Origin: an uncultured Chloroflexia bacterium
GTDB taxonomy: Bacteria > Chloroflexota > UBA6077 > JACCZL01
Assembly: GCA_963765765.1 (NCBI GenBank)
Contig: CAVXYC010000028.1
Coordinates: 128,001 to 192,000, forward strand
DNA length: 64,000 bases
Reading direction: 5' to 3'
Numbering within the stretch: position 1 is the first letter of the stretch; every line of letters begins with the position of its first letter. Below are positions 57,651-64,000 of the stretch, in pieces. Below the pieces are notes generated by a model, which saw only the letters and a list, made by a program, of their open reading frames with translations, had not been told where the DNA came from and made no database searches. The translations under genes and the position numbers were made by a program.

Positions 57651-58757
57651 ATGCTGCACGTCGCGGTGGACGGCCGCTTGCTCTCCTACACAGCAGGTGG
57701 TATCAGCCAGTACACGCGCCAGCTCGTAAGTCAGATTGTTCCAATGCTTGAGCCACATGAGCAGATGACGCTGCTTCGCAGCGGCCGGCTCCCGAGCCCG
57801 GATCTTGACGTGGCAAAACTCCGATACGCATCCTTGCTCACGCCTGCGCACCATCGGTGGGAGCAGATGTCCTTACCCCTGGAGCTCCTTCGAATACGGC
57901 CATCGCTCGTCCACAGTCCAGATTTCATACCTCCCATGCGTGGTCCATGGAGGCGGGTGATCACGATTCATGATCTGGCGTTCTTGCTCTACCCCGGCAT
58001 GGTGACGCCAGAAAGCCGTGCCTACTACGGACAAATAGGCAAGGCAGCTCGCGTTGCAGATGCCGTCATCACCGTGTCGCAATTCACCGCGTCCGATGTT
58101 ACACGCCTGCTGGACGCCGACCCCGCTCGAATCAATGTCATCCAAAACGGAGTCGATCCATCGTTGGCACCCGTCACTGATCAGGCCGTTATCGATGAAT
58201 GGCGGGCTCATCATCGCATCAATCGTCCCTACATTCTTTACGCGGGTACCTTTGAGCCGCGGAAGAATCTGCCCCTGCTCGTCGACGCCTTTGCCCGACT
58301 CAGGCGTGAGCATGACGTGCTGCTCGTTCTCCTGGGAGCCCGCGGGTGGTTGTATGAACCGACATTTGAATGCATCCTTTCTTCGCGAGTTGCCAATTAC
58401 GTTCGTGTACTTGAAGATCAACCGCGATCCGAGTGGGCGATCGCCTACTCAGCCGCCGCCGTCGCCGTGACGCCGTCAATCTACGAGGGCTTTGGGCTTC
58501 CGGTTCTGGAGGCAATGGCGTGCGGCGCACCGGTCGTCTCTTCAAACGCATCTTCACTTCCAGAGGTCGTTGGGGATGCAGGACTGCTGTTCGAGTCGGA
58601 AAATGTAGACGCGCTCACACGTACGATTCAGTCGGTCCTCGGCGATGAGTCCGAGGCAACAAGACTCCAAGAAGCCGGCTTTCAACGCGTCAAGGAGTTC
58701 TCCTGGGCTCGGTCGGCGTCCAGAACCCTGGATGTGTATCGGGCTGTCGCGGCGTGA
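57651..58757 (+). CDS. GT4 glycosyltransferase
   Basis: TIHDL, EPRKN, EGFGLPVLEAMACG. Confidence 0.9.
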   Translation: MLHVAVDGRLLSYTAGGISQYTRQLVSQIVPMLEPHEQMTLLRSGRLPSPDLDVAKLRYASLLTPAHHRWEQMSLPLELLRIRPSLVHSPDFIPPMRGPWRRVITIHDLAFLLYPGMVTPESRAYYGQIGKAARVADAVITVSQFTASDVTRLLDADPARINVIQNGVDPSLAPVTDQAVIDEWRAHHRINRPYILYAGTFEPRKNLPLLVDAFARLRREHDVLLVLLGARGWLYEPTFECILSSRVANYVRVLEDQPRSEWAIAYSAAAVAVTPSIYEGFGLPVLEAMACGAPVVSSNASSLPEVVGDAGLLFESENVDALTRTIQSVLGDESEATRLQEAGFQRVKEFSWARSASRTLDVYRAVAA

Positions 58758-59959
58758 GCGCGGCACTCTTTCTGACGCCTGGCCCACCGCTGCCCGCGAA
58801 CCAGGGCGCACCCATGCGGAACTTAACGATGATTCGAGCCGCCGCCATGCGTGGGCCAGTAGATCTCATCACTTTCGGTGAGAGCGACAGCGCAAGCGAC
58901 GCGGAGCTGCGGCGACTCTGCCGACGGGTGCATCGCGTCCCTATACAGCCCCGCTCGATCAGGACGCGGACAGTCTCGTTGCTGCAGTCCCGACTACCCG
59001 ATATGGCACACCGCCTCTGGTCCGAAGAATTCGCCTCGGCATTTCAGCAGTGGACTACTCAGCATCAGTACGCCGTCGTACAAGTCGAGGGAATCGAGCT
59101 AGCCCGCTATGTCGCAAAATCGCCCGGGTCCCCCCGCTATCGCGTTGTCTTTGACGACCATAACGTGGAGTACTTACTCCAGGAGCGCGCGTTCGAATTC
59201 GATAGAGCTCGGTGGAGGCGCGCACATGCCGCGGCGTACTCCGCTGTCCAGGCGAATCGACTCCGGGCCTTTGAGCGAACGGTCTGCGAATCATCGGACG
59301 CTGTCATTGCCGTCTCCCCTGAGGATGCAGAGCGGCTTCGCTCCATCGCCCAATGCACTCCGGAAGTCATTCCTAACGCCATCGACGTAACCGCATATCC
59401 TTTGCGGTGCGAGCAACCGACTGAGGAAAGGACGCTGCTCTTCCCAGGGACCATGGATTTCCGCCCGAACGCGGACGCGGCGACGTGGTTCATTGAGCGT
59501 GTGCTCCCTCGAGTCGTGTGCGAGATTCCCGACGTGCAGTGCTTCTTTGCCGGGCGAAGACCGCGGGCGGATCTCGTTCACCGCGGCCAGCACGATCCGA
59601 GAATCGCTGTGACGGGCGAAGTGCCATCCATGACTCCCTACTGGGAGCGCTCGACAATCTGTGTGCTGCCGCTGCAGGTAGGCGGCGGCTCCCGATTCAA
59701 AGCATTGGAAGCGATGGCTTATGGAATACCGATTGTCTCCACAGGACTCGGTATGGAGGGTATCGACGCGGCCGAGGGACGGGACTATCTGCGGGCCGAC
59801 GACGCGGCATCATTCGCCGAAGCGATACTCCACCTGCTGAGCGACCGACCATTGCGTGAATCTCTCGCGGCGCATGCCCGTACGACAGTAGAGCGAGGTT
59901 ACACACAGGACGTCGTCACTAAACGCTTGAACGCACTCTACGATCAGATTTGTTTATGA
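58754..59959 (+). CDS. GT4-like glycosyltransferase
   Basis: DDHNVE, GTMDFRPN, GGGSRFKALEAMA.G.P.VST. Confidence 0.88.
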   Translation: MSAALFLTPGPPLPANQGAPMRNLTMIRAAAMRGPVDLITFGESDSASDAELRRLCRRVHRVPIQPRSIRTRTVSLLQSRLPDMAHRLWSEEFASAFQQWTTQHQYAVVQVEGIELARYVAKSPGSPRYRVVFDDHNVEYLLQERAFEFDRARWRRAHAAAYSAVQANRLRAFERTVCESSDAVIAVSPEDAERLRSIAQCTPEVIPNAIDVTAYPLRCEQPTEERTLLFPGTMDFRPNADAATWFIERVLPRVVCEIPDVQCFFAGRRPRADLVHRGQHDPRIAVTGEVPSMTPYWERSTICVLPLQVGGGSRFKALEAMAYGIPIVSTGLGMEGIDAAEGRDYLRADDAASFAEAILHLLSDRPLRESLAAHARTTVERGYTQDVVTKRLNALYDQICL

Positions 59960-61170
59960 GATATCTCATCGCATTCGCGATCAGCTTCGCCATCGTTGGC
60001 CTCGTGGCCGTGCTGCGGACACCAATTTTCGAGCATCTAGGGCTGGAGCAGCGGCATCAGATCATTGCCATCGTGTCGCGATTCACCGCACCCGCCATAG
60101 ATACAGCCGACAACGCGCCCGTATCGCCCACAGTTAAAAATCCCGTCGGCGTCAATACGTTTCTCGAGCAGGAAGTTGACGTGGAGCTCCGCCGCCGAAC
60201 GGTGGAGATGATCAGCGAAGCCGGCATTGGTTGGATGCGTCAGCAGTTCCCGTGGGACAACATCGAACCGGTCCGGAAAGGCGGATTCATCGATCGGGTC
60301 GTCGGCGTAGATACCTGGGAGAAGTACGACGCCATCGTATCCCTCTCCGAGCAATATGGTCCGCGACTCATCGTTCGCCTGGACACCTCGCCGCCCTGGG
60401 CGCGTCCTGGAAACGAGTGGCCGGCCACTCCTCCGGACAACCTTGAAGACTACGGCGACTTTGTGGAGGCCGTGGCGCGGCGTTATCGCGGACGCGTGGA
60501 GCACTACCAGATCTGGAATGAGCCGAATCTCACCAGCGAGTGGGGGCACCGACCGGTCAACGCGGCCGAATACGTGGAGCTGCTCCGAATCGCGTCCACG
60601 CGCATCAAGCGAGTCGACCCCGACGCCCTAATCATCTCCGCGGCGCTTGCCCCCACGATCGAGGAGAGCACCTCAGCGATGAATGACCTGAAGTACCTCG
60701 ATGAGATGTATCGACTTGGCGCGGCGCAATACTTCGATATTCTTTCCATGCAGGCGTACGGTCTTCGATCTGGTCCGGACGATCGTCGAGTAGAGGATGA
60801 CGACGTGAACTTCTCGCGACCGCGCCTGATGCGAGAGATCATGGTTCGTCACAATGACGCCCACAAGCCCATCTGGGCGGCCGAGGTAGGCTGGAATGCC
60901 CAGCCTGATTCGGTCACCAAACCAGCCATATTCGGAAGGGTTAGTGAGGACACCCAATCGCGATATACCGTTCGAGCATTCGAGCGCGCACGGGAAGAAT
61001 GGCCCTGGATGGGCGTGATGGCGATCTGGTTCTTCAAGCGAGCGGACTACAGCTGGACCGATGAGCCGATGTACTACTTCCGCATGGCCGAACCCGATTT
61101 GACGCCTCGAATGCTTTACTCGACGGTCAGGGAATACACGCGGCAGCGGGGACTCAGGTCCGACCAATGA
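59956..61170 (+). CDS. Membrane-anchored clan GH-A glycoside hydrolase (GH5-like)
   Basis: N-terminal TM; QIWNEPN (acid/base Glu), IWAAEVGW (nucleophile Glu). Confidence 0.8.
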   Translation: MRYLIAFAISFAIVGLVAVLRTPIFEHLGLEQRHQIIAIVSRFTAPAIDTADNAPVSPTVKNPVGVNTFLEQEVDVELRRRTVEMISEAGIGWMRQQFPWDNIEPVRKGGFIDRVVGVDTWEKYDAIVSLSEQYGPRLIVRLDTSPPWARPGNEWPATPPDNLEDYGDFVEAVARRYRGRVEHYQIWNEPNLTSEWGHRPVNAAEYVELLRIASTRIKRVDPDALIISAALAPTIEESTSAMNDLKYLDEMYRLGAAQYFDILSMQAYGLRSGPDDRRVEDDDVNFSRPRLMREIMVRHNDAHKPIWAAEVGWNAQPDSVTKPAIFGRVSEDTQSRYTVRAFERAREEWPWMGVMAIWFFKRADYSWTDEPMYYFRMAEPDLTPRMLYSTVREYTRQRGLRSDQ

Positions 61171-62111
61171 GCACAGAAACTGTCGTCCGCCGAAACTCGG
61201 TTACCACGGTATCGAGCGCGCCACGAGTCTCGGTCATTATTCTGAACTACAACACCTGCGATGACCTGCGTACCTGTTTGCGCTCGGTCCAGCGATCAGC
61301 AGGCATCCCGCCAGATGCAATGGAAGTCTTCGTAGTCGACAACGCCTCGAACGACGGCTCGGCCGACATGGTTGGCAGCGACTTCTCGTGGATCCGCCTG
61401 ATTGAATCCGAGCGGAACGGCGGCTACGCATACGGCAACAATCTGGCCATGCGCGAGTGCCGCGGGGATTACGTGCTGTTGCTTAATCCCGACGCTCTGC
61501 TGCCGCCGCGAGCGATCGCCGAGCTTTGCGACTACCTCGATAAGCATCCAGAAGCCGCGGTCGTCGGACCGCGTGTATTGCGTCCGGATGGCTCTCTGGA
61601 CCTGGCATGCCGCCGAAGCTTTCCCACGCTAGAGGTCTCGAGTTACCGCATGCTTGGCCTGAGCAAGCTCTTTCCACGCAGTAAGCGCTTCGGTCGATAC
61701 AACCTTACGTTTCTGGACCCCAATGATCCCGCGGAAGTTGACGCGGTCGTCGGAGCCTGCATGCTGGTTCGACGATCGGCAATCGAGCAAGCGGGACTGC
61801 TGGACGAGCAGTTCTTCATGTACGGCGAGGACCTTGACTGGGCCTTCCGGATGAAACAGGCAGGATGGTCCATTCTGTATAACCCTGACGTCACCGTGCT
61901 GCACCGCAAGGGCGAATCGAGCCGTCGACGTAGTGAAGCCGCGACGATCGCCTTCTACGAGGCGATGGAGATCTTCTATCGCAAGCACTACGCACGTGAG
62001 CACTCATCAGTCGTGAATGGCCTCGTGCGCGCCGCCATCCGGCTCCGGTGCTCAATCTCCGTGATGCAGAACTCTCTGCGACCTGAGCATCAGAGGCGCG
62101 TTGGGACATAA
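61167..62111 (+). CDS. GT2 glycosyltransferase (WbbL-like)
   Basis: IILNYN, VDNAS.DGS, LLLNPD, GACML, DEQFFMYGED.D. Confidence 0.9.
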   Translation: MSTETVVRRNSVTTVSSAPRVSVIILNYNTCDDLRTCLRSVQRSAGIPPDAMEVFVVDNASNDGSADMVGSDFSWIRLIESERNGGYAYGNNLAMRECRGDYVLLLNPDALLPPRAIAELCDYLDKHPEAAVVGPRVLRPDGSLDLACRRSFPTLEVSSYRMLGLSKLFPRSKRFGRYNLTFLDPNDPAEVDAVVGACMLVRRSAIEQAGLLDEQFFMYGEDLDWAFRMKQAGWSILYNPDVTVLHRKGESSRRRSEAATIAFYEAMEIFYRKHYAREHSSVVNGLVRAAIRLRCSISVMQNSLRPEHQRRVGT

Positions 62112-62216
62112 TAATGTCGTGGCAATTCGAGTTGCGATTAGCGTCCTCTATCTAATGCGGCGGCAAGCGTGGAGTAAGGCGCCACCAACACTCCGTACAC
62201 GTACGTCCTCTTGCCT

Positions 62217-63615
62217 ATGAGTCCTATCAAATTTTTCTCCGTACTTAGTGTCATTGCCTCCGACTTGGTGATGATGTTTGTCTCGTTCCGTCTTGCGCAC
62301 TGGCTACGCCTGCGCAGCGAGGGGCGACAGACATTGTTGACCGTGAGCGCGCCTGATGACTACTCGCAGCTCACGTTCATTTTCGCCGCGACCGTCGTGA
62401 TCGCCTTCGCGTTGAATCGCCTATACATTCCTCGACGCGGCTTCTCGCGAGTCGATCTGCTTTACAGCGTCATGCTGGGAACGTCCATTGGCTTCTTCAT
62501 CGCATTGGCGGTCACTGCCTTGCTCTATCGCAGCCTGGAGCTACCTCGGCTCATGATCGTCTACTGGTGGCTTTGCGCCATGGCACTGACCTGGTTCGGT
62601 AGGGTCATCCTGGACTTCGCCATTCGGTTCCTTCGTGCGCGCGGACTCGATTCAGCGCGCGTGATCATCGTGGGTGGCGGCGAGCCGGCACGCATTATCA
62701 GCAGCAAAATCGAACACGCGCCGGAGCTGGGATACCGCGTCGTTGGATTCCTCGCCTCTCCAGGCGTTGATCAGAGTAGCGATTTGCCCGTGCTTGGGCC
62801 CATCCAGGATATGGTGAGGATCATTCGCGACCAGCGTGCTACGGAGCTCATCGTCGCGGAGCCCGCATTGAGCCACCAGGAAGTCTTGGAAATCGTCACG
62901 AACTGCGCCAGGGAGCGCATCAACATCAAGGTCTTCCCTGACATTCTGCAAATTATGTCAACTGAAGTAACGACGAGCGACCTTTCAGGGCTACCGATGC
63001 TCCAGGTTCGCGATATCGGATTACGTGGTTGGAACCTGGCGTTGAAGCGCGCCATGGACCTGATGGTGAGTGGCGTCATCCTGGTGTTGACCTCGCCGCT
63101 CATGCTGGTTCTGGCGCTGCTCGTCAAGCTCACCAGCGGTCAGGGCCCCGTGTTCTACGCGCAGGAGCGCGTAGGGCTGGACGGTAAGCCGTTCCAGCTT
63201 ATCAAATTCCGATCAATGCGTCAGGATGCCGAGGATTCCACCGGTCCGGTGATGGCCAGGCCCGACGACGAGCGGCGTACGGCCGTCGGCAGGTTCATCC
63301 GACGGTGGAGCCTCGACGAGCTGCCGCAACTCATCAATGTCCTGGTCGGTGAGATGAGCCTTGTGGGTCCGAGGCCCGAGCGACCCGGTGTTCGTGGAAC
63401 AATTCAGTCGTATCATTCCGCGATACGCCGAGCGACACAACGAAAAGGCTGGCATGACTGGCTGGGCGCAGGTCAATGGATTGCGGGGCCAGACATCCAT
63501 TGAAGAACGCACCAAATACGATGTGTTCTACACCGAGAACTGGTCGCTCGCATTCGATATCAAGATACTTCTGAAGACCATTCGCGCGGTCGTCACCGAC
63601 CGTAACGCATACTAA
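62217..63615 (+). CDS. Undecaprenyl-phosphate sugar phosphotransferase (WcaJ-like), one frameshift near 63388
   Basis: [34 protein letters not shown]; continues [15 protein letters not shown] in ORF 63361-63615. Confidence 0.88.
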
Positions 63616-63627
63616 CTATCTAGCCGC

Positions 63628-63740
63628 GGCGCGCAGCGCTTTGGACTGCGTGCGCGTGGTGCTGCTTTCCGCACTCCCTATCTAGGTTGGGATGCTGAGA
63701 AAGCAGTGCTACGCGCACGCAGTCCGAAGCGCTGCGCGCC
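63628..63740. repeat. REPIN-like 113-nt hairpin
   Basis: 42-bp arms 63628-63669 / 63699-63740 with four G.T positions, plus a paired inner loop. Confidence 0.75.
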
Positions 63741-63763
63741 CAGAACCTTGAAAAATTGAACCA

Positions 63764-64000
63764 ATGAAACTCCTTATTGGCCTGGGGAATCCGGGCTCTC
63801 AGTACGCTCATACCCGGCACAACGCCGGGTTCATGTGCGTTGAGCGCATTGCCGAGCTCCAGGGCTGGCGTTTCAATCAGAAGCGAGCCGAGAGTCAGGT
63901 GGCCGAGGGCGAGATCAACTACGTGCGCATCATCCTGGCTAAGCCGCAGACGTTTATGAACAACAGCGGCCTTGCCGCGGCGCGATTGATGCAATCGTTC
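63764..64000 (+). CDS. pth: Peptidyl-tRNA hydrolase, truncated by the window edge (absent from the ORF track)
   Basis: Hand translation MKLLIGLGNPGSQYAHTRHNAGF...LAKPQTFMNNSG. Confidence 0.93.
   Translation, partial: MKLLIGLGNPGSQYAHTRHNAGFMCVERIAELQGWRFNQKRAESQVAEGEINYVRIILAKPQTFMNNSGLAAARLMQSF

Overview
GC-rich bacterial chromosomal region, most likely Chloroflexota. This is inferred from the rplI-dnaB-DnaD-tandem DnaC block, the fused CtaA-CtaB, GAAC-N4-GTTC SOS boxes and the TAXI-TRAP/Rieske genes. I found no rRNA, tRNA, CRISPR array, transposase or integrase. About a dozen frameshifts break otherwise intact genes, probably long-read consensus errors; many fall at CCGG. Contents in order: LuxR-type regulator, nucleotidyltransferase, alkylation-repair operon (ECF sigma -> zinc anti-sigma/Ogt/Ada-Zn fusion -> Ogt/Ada-Zn -> AlkA), GNAT, AKR, epimerase, CbpA-CbpM, BON protein, nucleotidyltransferase-metallophosphoesterase pair behind a sigma54-like promoter, RpiB-transaldolase-PGI triple fusion, lipoprotein toxin/immunity-like pair, heme a/SCO assembly genes, TAXI-TRAP plus Rieske oxygenase, ABC exporter, S8 protease, small HTH genes with a CHAT remnant, MFS, L,D-transpeptidase, CbiX, an 8-gene MoxR/vWA/ABC operon, ubiX, alpha-hydroxy-acid oxidase, a pseudo-protease, replication genes, a glycosylation cluster and the start of pth. 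Best candidates for new biology: (1) an ECF sigma factor apparently controlled by an anti-sigma fused to methyl-accepting DNA-repair domains, i.e. an adaptive response without an AraC-type Ada; (2) two orphan LexA boxes between convergent genes, implying a hidden SOS-regulated transcript; (3) the triple pentose-phosphate fusion; (4) the lipoprotein toxin-like pair. All calls come from motifs recognised by eye; no database searches were run.
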